64,000 nucleotides of DNA, taken from contig VXOI01000216.1 of assembly GCA_009840175.1 (NCBI GenBank), positions 1,774 through 65,773 on the forward strand, in the 5' to 3' direction. The DNA is from Chloroflexota bacterium (GTDB lineage Bacteria; Chloroflexota; Dehalococcoidia; Lucifugimonadales; UBA3495). Below the pieces are notes generated by a model. The model did no database searches, was not told where the DNA came from, and saw only the letters and a program-made list of their open reading frames with translations. Position numbers and translations under genes: made by a program. This document shows positions 19,199 to 27,469 of this stretch, piece by piece; the stretch's first letter is position 1; every line of letters begins with the position of its first letter.

Positions 19199-19305
19199 AC
19201 CGGTTCATGGATTAGGTACGGATCGGGGCGGACATGGCTGTTGCCTCCCTTCCCAGCAGTACCATTGTCCCCCCAAATCGGTCGCGTAATGAAACTGCGG
19301 GACTA

Positions 19306-19608
19306 TCAGGGGTTCAATTTCAGGAGGGCGGGACGTACCCTTGTGTTCCAGTAGTCGCTATCTCCGGCCTGACGCAGCTCCTCCACCAGCTGTGCCGTCT
19401 CCTTTCCCACAGCCTCGGTCAGTTCGGAGGCAGTGCGGTCTCCGGCCAGTTCGGTGATTGCCGTCCTTAACTTCATCACGTATTCCGCGACTTCATAGGC
19501 AGCCCGGTCGGAAGCTGAACGGGCTTGCAGGGCCTCTAGCTTCTCCAGCCATTCCAGACCCCTTCTGGCATCGTCGTACCTGTCGTCCAGCGCATTGGTC
19601 GTAGTCAT
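19306..19608 (-). CDS. Hypothetical small helical protein
   Basis: 100 aa with a GGAGGA Shine-Dalgarno sequence upstream of the ATG. Charged helical sequence with no recognisable family. Confidence 0.5.
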   Translation of the reverse strand: MTTTNALDDRYDDARRGLEWLEKLEALQARSASDRAAYEVAEYVMKLRTAITELAGDRTASELTEAVGKETAQLVEELRQAGDSDYWNTRVRPALLKLNP

Positions 19609-19654
19609 CAGGCGTCCTCCACTCTCACCAGCTGCTGTGCCAAGTATACAAGAG

Positions 19655-20581
19655 CTACTTGTGGAACTGGGGCAGCAACTCCTCGCCGAGAATGTCCAGT
19701 TGCTCCATGCTCTCCTCTGCGGGGCAGAGAGGGCGGACTACGAACTTGGACGCGCCGGACTCTATGTAGCGGTTGACGAACTCGGCGATGCGGTCCACCG
19801 GGCCGACGGCGGTGAACTCGGTGAAGTGGGCGTCGGGGCGCTGGCGGGTGACGTAGCGATTGGCTTTGATGGTTGCCTCTTCCACGTCATTGTTGACGTA
19901 GTACCCGAGTAGCACGCCAACGTGGTCGTCCTCAATCACGCGGTTGAACTCGTCCGCCGTCTCGAACAGGATGTCGTGGCCTTCCTTGACCTCTGCGGGG
20001 GTGGCGCTGGACACCAGCCAGCCGTCGCCGACGCGCCCGACGCGCCGGGCTGCTGCTGCGGTGCGTCCGCCAATCCATACCGGCGTTGACGGCTGGAGGA
20101 AGGGCTTGGGCGTCACCGATACGTTGTGGCAGGTATAGAACTCGCCCTCGTGGGTGACTACATCCTCCTCCCACAGGCGGCGCATGAGCTGGATGGCCTC
20201 GTCGGTGCGTGGGCCGCGACGTTCTTTGCTGACGCCGCAGGCCTCGTATTCTTCCGGCTCTTCCTGTCCCAGGCCCACCGCCGGGAAGAACCGGCCCTGT
20301 GACAGGAAGTCCAGCGTGGCAATCTGCTTGGCCAGGACCACCGGGTTGCGCAGGGGCATGGCGATGACGCTGGTGCCGAACTTCAGCTTGTCGGAATACG
20401 CGGCGACCATGGCGCAGGCCGTCATGGCTTCCAGGCTGAATTTCTCGCTGACGATGCGGTCACTGAGCCAGATGGAGTCGTAGCCGTGCCTGTCGCCGGT
20501 CTCCACCAACTCGCGCAGGTAGTTGGGGTTGTCGCCGCCCTCTCCGAAAGCTCCGGGCATATATCCGATGGCGATACTCAT
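19655..20581 (-). CDS. LLM-class F420/flavin-dependent oxidoreductase
   Basis: GYDSIWLSDR, FFPAVGLG and a C-terminal helical bundle, all typical of LLM proteins. Confidence 0.85.
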   Translation of the reverse strand: MSIAIGYMPGAFGEGGDNPNYLRELVETGDRHGYDSIWLSDRIVSEKFSLEAMTACAMVAAYSDKLKFGTSVIAMPLRNPVVLAKQIATLDFLSQGRFFPAVGLGQEEPEEYEACGVSKERRGPRTDEAIQLMRRLWEEDVVTHEGEFYTCHNVSVTPKPFLQPSTPVWIGGRTAAAARRVGRVGDGWLVSSATPAEVKEGHDILFETADEFNRVIEDDHVGVLLGYYVNNDVEEATIKANRYVTRQRPDAHFTEFTAVGPVDRIAEFVNRYIESGASKFVVRPLCPAEESMEQLDILGEELLPQFHK

Positions 20582-20625
20582 CTCAAATTCCTCTCTTTGC
20601 GTCTTTGCGTTAAAAAATCACCAAA

Positions 20626-21567
20626 TCACCCAGCGAGCGGCTCCATCCCGGCCTCGGCGCGGGCGTCGTTGATGTGGTCGAGGACTCGCTGGCGCAGCGG
20701 GGCTATTTCGTAGCCGATGTCGGCCAGCATCCGGCTGTTGTCCACGAGGTATACGTGGGGGACGGTGCGGTCGCCGGTGATTATCTGCGCGTCGGGGATG
20801 ATGCTGCGCACGGCGTCGGCCATGTCCTTGATGGTGGCGAGGTTGCCGCCGCTGATGTAGGTGCGGTGGTTCAGATTCTCCGCCAGCGCTGCCCGGACGA
20901 AAATCTCGGCGGCGTCCTCGGCGTGAATCATCGGCGACGGCTCATCCTCGTGGAAGGGCATGGATATGGTCTGTCCTATGGCGGGCAGCGACACCATGAG
21001 GCCGCCGATCATGCCGGTCATTCCGGTGACGCGCCCGTGGCCGAAAACGGTGCAGATGCGGATGCCCCGCAGATCGAGGCCGTAGAGGTCGGTATAGCGG
21101 CGGGCAGAGAAGTCGTTGACCGACTTGGTCATGCCGTAGACGTTGATGGGGTCGTTGACGTCGTCCTCGTTGATGAGCCGCTCCCCGAAGGTGTCCTGAA
21201 CCCCGTAGACCGCGATGGAACTGGCGTACACCACCCGCTCTATGCCGCACCACCGGGCCGCCTCGAAGACGTTGTTAGTGCCGCCGATGTTGACCTGCAT
21301 AGCGAAGTGGGGGCGGTCCTCGGTGTCGGGCGGCAACAGCGCCGCCATGTGTATGATGCGCGTGACCCCGTGGGCATTGATGGCCTCCATCAATTGGGGT
21401 AGTTGCGTCACGTCGCCCCGGTACAGCTTGATGCGGTCGAGGTAGGGCGTCAGGTTGGCGCGGGGTGGGGCGAGGTCGAAGCAGACCACCTCCTCACCGC
21501 GCTCCAGCAGCTTGCGTATGATGCGGTTGCCGATGAACCCGGTCCCGCCGGTCACCATCACGGACAT
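20626..21567 (-). CDS. NAD-dependent epimerase/dehydratase (extended SDR)
   Basis: VMVTGGTGFIGNRIIRKLL Rossmann motif and YGMTKSVND (YxxxK). Start chosen at MSVMVTGG, which has GGGAGA upstream. Confidence 0.85.
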   Translation of the reverse strand: MSVMVTGGTGFIGNRIIRKLLERGEEVVCFDLAPPRANLTPYLDRIKLYRGDVTQLPQLMEAINAHGVTRIIHMAALLPPDTEDRPHFAMQVNIGGTNNVFEAARWCGIERVVYASSIAVYGVQDTFGERLINEDDVNDPINVYGMTKSVNDFSARRYTDLYGLDLRGIRICTVFGHGRVTGMTGMIGGLMVSLPAIGQTISMPFHEDEPSPMIHAEDAAEIFVRAALAENLNHRTYISGGNLATIKDMADAVRSIIPDAQIITGDRTVPHVYLVDNSRMLADIGYEIAPLRQRVLDHINDARAEAGMEPLAG

Positions 21568-21805
21568 TTGCGTTCTCCCGGCACTTCCAATCCTTCGACC
21601 TTCCAAGAAGGGTCACTCATTTGGAAGATGTTTACTTATCAATCCGCGTCCATGATAGATTGGCGGCAGACGGCCCGCAATCCCCGGCAAGTTCCGACGC
21701 CTCAGCGTTTGACAATTCGGCCGCCTATGGTGTATCAATCATCTACTATCAGGCAAGTATGCCGGGCAGTTCGGCGAGACTTCGCTGTTGCCCAGGAGGA
21801 GGAGT

Positions 21806-22072
21806 ATGCCCGACACTTTCTATTGCAGGGTTAGCAACTTCCTGTCCGATCCTCGTGACCGGTTCATCGCCGTGGGGGAAACTTCCGACGAAGTCCTGGG
21901 AAAGGTCAAGGACTATCTGAAAAGTGAAGCCGGTGTGTCCCGCTATGGAGCCATTGATGTTGATGACCTGGAAAACAACATCAGGACGTGCATCTTCCAG
22001 CGGGGCACGAAGGCCATCCACAACCGTGCGCCGGATACCCGCTACTATCACGAGCCGCCGCCTCACGAGTAG
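21806..22072 (+). CDS. Hypothetical small protein (88 aa)
   Basis: Strong AGGAGGAGGAG Shine-Dalgarno sequence directly upstream of the ATG at 21806, a candidate TTGACA-N18-TATCAA promoter at 21709-21738, and an intrinsic terminator downstream. Confidence 0.5.
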   Translation: MPDTFYCRVSNFLSDPRDRFIAVGETSDEVLGKVKDYLKSEAGVSRYGAIDVDDLENNIRTCIFQRGTKAIHNRAPDTRYYHEPPPHE

Positions 22073-22105
22073 TCGCGGCCCGGCTGAAATCCCTCATAAC
22101 TCGTT

Positions 22106-22140
22106 GACCCCGCATCCCCCGAGCGGGGTCATTCTTTTGC
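22106..22140 (+). terminator. Intrinsic terminator
   Basis: GACCCCGC-ATCCCCCGA-GCGGGGTC followed by ATTCTTTTGC. Confidence 0.6.
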
Positions 22141-22149
22141 GCGGCAGAT

Positions 22150-22884
22150 TCACAAAGGACGCTTGGCCGGTATCCCGACGCGGCGGGGATAGCGCTCCGG
22201 CGTGGGAGCCACCTTCTCAAAGGCTACAACCACGCGGTTATCGGTCAGGCCGGGCAAAGACACCGGAAACAACCCCGCATTCCTTCCTCTGAGTTCCGAC
22301 AAGGCAATCTCCGCCTCCGCTAACTCCGTCTCCAACCCGCCGTGCTTCAGCGCCACCGTTTTTCCACCCACGCGGCAGAAGGGCAGCGCGTATTCCAGCA
22401 GCAGGGACAGTCGCGCCACGCCCCGCACCAGCGCCAGGTCGAAACTGTCGCGCAAATCAGGCTCGCGGGCCAGGGCCTCGGCCCGGCCGGTGTGTATGGC
22501 GACCTTTTCCAGTCCCAACACGCCGCAAAGGTGGTCCAGGAATGCCGTTTTCTTCCCTACCGACTCGATCAGGTGGAGTTCCTGGTCCGGGAAGGCCAGT
22601 TTCAGCGGCAGCCCCGGGAATCCTGCACCGCTGCCCACGTCCACCACCCTGCGAACTTCTGCCAAGCCCTCCGTCACCCCCCGATAAGGCAGGCATACCG
22701 TCAGAGAGTCCAGGAAGTGCCGGACTTGCGCCTCTTCGTAGCCGGTGATGGAAGTCAGGTTCGCCCGCTGGTTCCACTCCGTCAGTTCCCGGTAATACAA
22801 CTCGAACTGCTCAAGCTGTCCGGCGGAGAGGTTGATGCCCAACTCCTTCGCCCCTTCTGCCAGCAGCTTCATCGGCTGGGTCAT
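22150..22884 (-). CDS. rsmG: 16S rRNA (guanine527-N7)-methyltransferase RsmG
   Basis: LTEWNQRANLTSI, VVDVGSGAGFPGLPLKLAFP, LIESVGKKTAFL. Confidence 0.9.
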   Translation of the reverse strand: MTQPMKLLAEGAKELGINLSAGQLEQFELYYRELTEWNQRANLTSITGYEEAQVRHFLDSLTVCLPYRGVTEGLAEVRRVVDVGSGAGFPGLPLKLAFPDQELHLIESVGKKTAFLDHLCGVLGLEKVAIHTGRAEALAREPDLRDSFDLALVRGVARLSLLLEYALPFCRVGGKTVALKHGGLETELAEAEIALSELRGRNAGLFPVSLPGLTDNRVVVAFEKVAPTPERYPRRVGIPAKRPL

Positions 22885-22961
22885 TGCTCTTCACAGGCTG
22901 CCATGAGTCTTTCACCAAGAACTGGGGACGCCTTCTTCAAGGGAACCCAGCAACTCCTCCC

Positions 22962-23939
22962 TCACGCTCCACAGGCCGGCGTTTCGTCCACCGAGAGGGC
23001 AATCCCCAAAGGGCCCGTCACGGACTCTGCCAGTTGCGCCAGGCGGGGGGTGCCGACGACGATCTCCGACGGCAGACCAAGCAGAGTTTCCAGGAGTTTC
23101 ACCAGCATTTCCTGCCTGTCGGTATCCGACGGGTCAGGCCCCATGAAAAGTTCAGGAATCACGAATCCTGAGTCGGCTTCCACCAGCATAGCGGACACTG
23201 GGAAGTGAGGGCGCCCGCCCCTTTCCTCCCGGGCCGGCGCATGAAGGAAAAAGATGCCCAATTCCCAAACCGAGTCAGTCCGGGGCTTTGAATCGGCCAA
23301 CCGCTGGAGGCGTTCCACATCCGGGTAGTCCGGCGCGGGCGAAGGCAGGGGAAACAAGAGGGGCTCCCAACGATTATGCCACTCGCCGTTACGAAGTGTC
23401 CGGGTCAGAAACATATCAGGCTTATCTTCGTGGTCAAAGGTCAGTTTACCCTTCTCGACCAAAGACGCGAGGTCTGTCATGCTTCGCAATGCCCATGTCA
23501 GGAACACGGCCTCACCGTCCTCCAACCGCCAAGGCAAGTAGCCGGGCCTGAAGGTCTGGAACAAGGGCCACCGGCCTCGTCCACGGTATCTGAGTCCCAG
23601 ACCGCGAATCGTATCGCGTTCCGCCTTGGACAGCTCTTCGCGGTCGGCGAGCATGGCGGAAAGTGCATTCGTGGCGTCCAGACTTTCCAGCGAACCCAGT
23701 TCCAACGCTCCCGTCATCAGCATCAAGTATCCGGCCAACCCCTCGTCGCCCCGATACATGGCCAGTCCGTATTCCATTCCGCCGCTGCCCAGGACGACGC
23801 AGTAACCTTTTTCCTCTCCGGAGGGATGCTCGACGGTCACCAGATGGGTGTCATCGAAGAATTGCCAGGGAGCGGCCTGGTAGTATTCCCGAAACGCCTC
23901 ATGCAAGTCGAGCCATTGTTCGGAGCTTGGTTCGGCCAT
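22962..23939 (-). CDS. Conserved hypothetical protein
   Basis: Start chosen at MAEPSSEQWLDLHEAF.... Composition is normal and I recognise no catalytic motif. Confidence 0.55.
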   Translation of the reverse strand: MAEPSSEQWLDLHEAFREYYQAAPWQFFDDTHLVTVEHPSGEEKGYCVVLGSGGMEYGLAMYRGDEGLAGYLMLMTGALELGSLESLDATNALSAMLADREELSKAERDTIRGLGLRYRGRGRWPLFQTFRPGYLPWRLEDGEAVFLTWALRSMTDLASLVEKGKLTFDHEDKPDMFLTRTLRNGEWHNRWEPLLFPLPSPAPDYPDVERLQRLADSKPRTDSVWELGIFFLHAPAREERGGRPHFPVSAMLVEADSGFVIPELFMGPDPSDTDRQEMLVKLLETLLGLPSEIVVGTPRLAQLAESVTGPLGIALSVDETPACGA

Positions 23940-24134
23940 AGTTCTCACACAGTACCGCTTTGCTGTTGCCGGACACACTTCAACTGCCGGTGCGCGCCGT
24001 CCGGATTCTAGCACGCGCTTGACTGCAGAGGAGCAGCTTGCCGCCTTCATGGCGCAATTGACACGCAAATTGGCGGGCCGTAGAATTGCCCGTGTTCAGG
24101 AAATCCCCAAAGTGCGATTATCGGAAGGCAGAAA

Positions 24135-24371
24135 ATGGCGACGAAAGCGTATCTGCTGGTAGAGACCTCCGTGGGCAAGACCAGGGAAGTGGCTACTACG
24201 CTGACCGGGTTGCCGGGAATAGCGTCGGTAGACGTCGTAACCGGCCCCTATGACATCATAGCGATGATCAGCGCTGACGACATCTCCGTCGTTGGCGACC
24301 TGGTCACAGGCCACATCCACACCGTCAACGGCGTGGTGCGCACCGTAACCTGCGTAGCCGTCGGCGGCTGA
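24135..24371 (+). CDS. Lrp/AsnC ligand-binding-domain-only protein
   Basis: 78 aa, KAYLLVETSVGKTREVATTLTGLPGIASVDVVTGPYDIIAMI, the typical AsnC_trans_reg fold without an HTH. Confidence 0.75.
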   Translation: MATKAYLLVETSVGKTREVATTLTGLPGIASVDVVTGPYDIIAMISADDISVVGDLVTGHIHTVNGVVRTVTCVAVGG

Positions 24372-24434
24372 CCCAGGCCGCGCGCACGCCCGTACCCTAC
24401 CCCACCCTGCTTCACACCGCCAGGGAGAGCCGTT

Positions 24435-25610
24435 TTGGACTTTAAGTTTACCCCTGAAGATGAGTCTTTTCGCCAGGAACTCAGGACCTTCCTGGAAACT
24501 GAACTGCCCGGAACGTGGGAGGGCGGCGGACGCTACCCCGAGGAGGACGACTGGGACCTGACCCGCGTTATCCGCCGCAGGATGGCGGACCGGGGCTGGC
24601 TGACCATGCACTGGCCCGAAGAGTACGGCGGGCAGGGCGCATCGCCGGTGAAGTCGGCCATTTTCAACGAGGAAATCGCCTACCTGCGCGCACCCGGCCG
24701 CGACATCTTCGGCGTCCGAATGCTGGGGCCGACGCTGATGATTCATGGCTCTGAAGAGCAGAAGCGGACGCACCTGCCTCCGGTGGCTCGCGGCGAAGTG
24801 CAGTGGTGCCAGGGCTACAGCGAGCCGGAGTCCGGCTCTGACCTGGCTTCCCTCAGCACCCGCGCCGTGCGCGACGGCGACGATTTGGTCATCAACGGGG
24901 GCAAAATCTGGACGACGCTGGCCCACCGCGCCGACTGGATAATGCTGCTGACCCGCACCGACCCGGACGCCCCCAAGCATCGCGGCATCAGCTTCGTCCT
25001 GGTGGACATGAAATCTCCCGGTGTTACCGTGCGGCCCATCATCAACATGGCTGGGGGCCACGAATTCAACCAGGTGCTGTTCGACAATGTGCGGGTGCCC
25101 CGCGCCAACGTCGTGGGCGAAGAAGACCGGGGCTGGTACGTGGCGGTCACGCTGCTGGACTTCGAGCGCTCCGGCATTGACTACTCGGCCAACGCCCGCC
25201 GCCTGCTGGACGACGTCCGTGAGTATGCCACCGAGACTAAACGCAACGGGCAGCCACTCATGGAAGTCCCGTGGGTGCGCAGCCTGATGGCCGACCGCTA
25301 CATCGAGTGCGAAGTGGCCCGGCTGATTGCCTATAACGTCGCCTATATGCAGGGCCAGGGCCTGGTTCCCACCAGGGAAGCCTCAATGAGCAAGGTCTTC
25401 GGCAGCGAGACTGTGCGTCGTGTCACCGAGGCGGCGATGGACGTGCTGGGGCTGTATGGCACCCTCGGCCGGGAAGAGAAATGGGCGCCGCTGCGGGGCA
25501 GGGTCCAGGAACACTGGATGCTCAGCTTCTCCGGGACCATCGCGGCGGGCACTTCCGAGGTACAGCGGAACATAATCGCCGGCCGTGGCTTGGGGCTGCC
25601 GCGAGGCTGA
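24435..25610 (+). CDS. Acyl-CoA dehydrogenase
   Basis: ACAD N-terminal, middle and C-terminal layout: QWCQGYSEPESGSDLASL, GGKIWTT, SGTSEVQRNIIA. TTG start. Confidence 0.9.
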   Translation: MDFKFTPEDESFRQELRTFLETELPGTWEGGGRYPEEDDWDLTRVIRRRMADRGWLTMHWPEEYGGQGASPVKSAIFNEEIAYLRAPGRDIFGVRMLGPTLMIHGSEEQKRTHLPPVARGEVQWCQGYSEPESGSDLASLSTRAVRDGDDLVINGGKIWTTLAHRADWIMLLTRTDPDAPKHRGISFVLVDMKSPGVTVRPIINMAGGHEFNQVLFDNVRVPRANVVGEEDRGWYVAVTLLDFERSGIDYSANARRLLDDVREYATETKRNGQPLMEVPWVRSLMADRYIECEVARLIAYNVAYMQGQGLVPTREASMSKVFGSETVRRVTEAAMDVLGLYGTLGREEKWAPLRGRVQEHWMLSFSGTIAAGTSEVQRNIIAGRGLGLPRG

Positions 25611-25641
25611 TCTGCAATAGACTTCAGTGAGTCTGAGACGC

Positions 25642-25665
25642 AGGGGCGCACCATCGTGCGCCCCT
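25642..25665. terminator. Hairpin AGGGGCGCAC-CATC-GTGCGCCCCT between convergent genes
   Basis: Perfect 10 bp stem. The same stem sequence recurs at 39259-39280, and a related one at 49814-49839. Confidence 0.55.
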
Positions 25666-25682
25666 GTTAACGTATTTGGAGC

Positions 25683-26042
25683 CTAGGCGGCGCGCAACCG
25701 CGCTTCGCCTGTGGGGTTTCCCTGCATCGTGGCTTCCCGGCAGCGCTGCATAACGCGGAATACGGTCCGCACGGTTACCGAGAAGCGCTCGGCAGTTTCT
25801 TCAAGGCTCAATGATTCCTGTTGCATAATGTGCAACATACGAAAGTCGCTGGCCAGGCGACGATTGCGCTGGTACCAGGCCGGGTCGTCATACCTGCATT
25901 GGGGCAGCGGGCAATCGAGGCAGGAGTCCGAGGCTTCGCAGCCAGTATCCTCGTAGTGGTAGAATTCCGAAGCGTCATCGGAGAAAGCGCGTCCGTAATT
26001 TGAGCTGGCGGATTCAGGGCGGGCGGCAAGCAGCGTAACCAT
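25683..26042 (-). CDS. Small Cys-rich HTH transcriptional regulator (unassigned family)
   Basis: C-terminal HTH LSLEETAERFSVTVRTVFRVMQR, preceded by the cluster C-x5-C-x2-C-x4-C (GCEASDSCLDCPLPQC). Start chosen at MVTLLAARP. The ORF track extends to 26102. Confidence 0.6.
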   Translation of the reverse strand: MVTLLAARPESASSNYGRAFSDDASEFYHYEDTGCEASDSCLDCPLPQCRYDDPAWYQRNRRLASDFRMLHIMQQESLSLEETAERFSVTVRTVFRVMQRCREATMQGNPTGEARLRAA

Positions 26043-26080
26043 AACTGACCCCCAAACAGGCGTTCTAATAACGTAGAAAT

Positions 26081-26147
26081 AATTTAGAACATGAGTACAC
26101 ATCTTGTCAACTCTTTTACGACTGAATTTGAGAAAATGTTCTAAATT
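26081..26147. promoter_or_regulatory. Candidate operator pair in a divergent promoter region
   Basis: Perfect 12 bp inverted repeat: AATTTAGAACAT (26081-26092) and ATGTTCTAAATT (26136-26147). A third half-site-like GTTCTAA lies near 26062. AT-rich region between the regulator and the enoyl-CoA hydratase gene. Confidence 0.5.
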
Positions 26148-26183
26148 GGATTAACTTCAAAAGCAAGGATTCCTGGAGGGCCA

Positions 26184-26963
26184 ATGATTGAGTACGAAAC
26201 AATGACCTACGAACGCAAGGGCAGGATTGCTTACATAATGTTCAACCGCCCACAGGTGTTGAACGCGGTCAACAGCCAGTTCGAGCAAGACCTGCATGAA
26301 GCACTGCTGGAGTTCGATACCGACGATGAGGCCTGGGTCGGCATTATTCATGGCGCAGGCCGTGCCTTCTGCGCCGGGGCCGACATCAAGCAACGGTTCG
26401 TCGCCATGACCCCGCAGGAAAGCGCCCGCCGTGAGCGCGGCCCTAACCCGGAGGGTTACTTGGGGCGGACTATCAACTGGAAGCCGGTAATCGCCGCAGT
26501 CCACGGCTACGCGCTGGGAGCAGGCATCGTCATTGCCGCCGAGAGCGACATGATTGTCGCCTCAGAGGATGCCAGGTTCGGGATCACCGAGACCCGTCGA
26601 GGGTTGGCTGGCGGGAGGATATGGGCCAAGGTCAACGCCTTCATGCCCTCGAAAATCGCCAGCGAAATGGTCATCACCGGCGAACCCGTGGAGGCCGCCG
26701 AGCTTTACCGCCTGGGGCTGATCAACCGCCTGGTGCCCAACGGCTTCCACCTATCCGCCGCTGAGGCTCTCGCCGAAAAGGTGCTGAAGGCTCCTCCCCT
26801 TGCAACCCGCGTTGGGGTGAAGCTGACCCGCCGTCAGTGGGTGCAGACTGGGGCCGACGCCGATATGCAAACACTGCCTCTGAAGCTGCACATAAGCGAG
26901 GACTTCAAGGAGGCCAGCCAAGCCTTCGTCGAAAAGCGCTCGCCGGAATACAAGGCGCGATAA
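26184..26963 (+). CDS. Enoyl-CoA hydratase/isomerase (crotonase family)
   Basis: GAGRAFCAGADI oxyanion motif and the G..ETRRG second motif. Confidence 0.9.
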   Translation: MIEYETMTYERKGRIAYIMFNRPQVLNAVNSQFEQDLHEALLEFDTDDEAWVGIIHGAGRAFCAGADIKQRFVAMTPQESARRERGPNPEGYLGRTINWKPVIAAVHGYALGAGIVIAAESDMIVASEDARFGITETRRGLAGGRIWAKVNAFMPSKIASEMVITGEPVEAAELYRLGLINRLVPNGFHLSAAEALAEKVLKAPPLATRVGVKLTRRQWVQTGADADMQTLPLKLHISEDFKEASQAFVEKRSPEYKAR

Positions 26964-27022
26964 GGATTGGGGGGCGCACAAGAAATCCCCTCAGCAGTGG
27001 ATAGAGTCAGAAGCAAAAAATT

Positions 27023-27055
27023 CCCTCTCCCAGCGGGAGAGGGTTAGGGTGAGGG
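27023..27055. repeat. REP-like hairpin repeat, family A copy 3 (inverted orientation)
   Basis: CCCTCTCCC-AGC-GGGAGAGGG-TTA-GGGTGAGGG. Confidence 0.8.
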
Positions 27056-27082
27056 AGAAAGCCAGGGCAAAGACGCCCCCGT

Positions 27083-27424
27083 TTACCCCTCCACTTCCAC
27101 CTGCTGCATTCCGTAGGGCGACTTGCCGACAACCATGCCGTTATCGAGTTGCACCACCGCCTTCAGGTTGCGAAAGAACAGGAAGGTCCGTAAGTCTATT
27201 TGCAGGCTGACGGTATGCCTTGACAGTTCGGGAAGAGTAAGTAACTCCACGTCGTTCAGCCTGTGGGACTCGTAGGCGGAAACGTCCCGCCGGTGCACCC
27301 TGGTATCAACTGATACCTCCACGGCGCACCCGGCTCAAGAGGAGTGTTGCAGCAAATCAACCGCCGCCCGCCCTCCTTGATTGAGGATGTGTTCCGCCGC
27401 CCGCTGACTCAGTATTATTTCCAT
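27083..27424 (-). CDS. Candidate HesB/IscA-like selenoprotein with in-frame TGA (Sec) at 27335-27337, motif U-A-G-C
   Basis: ATG at 27422-27424 with GAGGT upstream gives MEIILSQRAAEHILNQGGRAAVDLLQHSS-TGA-AGCAVEVSVDT.... The TGA is in frame with the 79-aa GTG-start ORF 27083..27322 in the track. The N-terminus matches the IscA/HesB pattern M-x-I-x-L-S-x-x-A-A-x-x-I, and the TGA sits where IscA has its first conserved Cys (TSGCSG). A strong stem-loop starts right after the TGA. Confidence 0.6.
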
Positions 27425-27469
27425 GATGTTACCTCAGGTCGCAGGTTAGATGACATTTGCTGTCAGGGG

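Noticed and set aside
27083-27322. The 79-aa GTG-start ORF treated as a stand-alone gene.
   Set aside because: There is no Shine-Dalgarno sequence before the GTG. The 29 codons upstream of the in-frame TGA have a convincing IscA/HesB N-terminal signature plus their own Shine-Dalgarno sequence and ATG. I therefore prefer the read-through (Sec) model, although it remains unproven.
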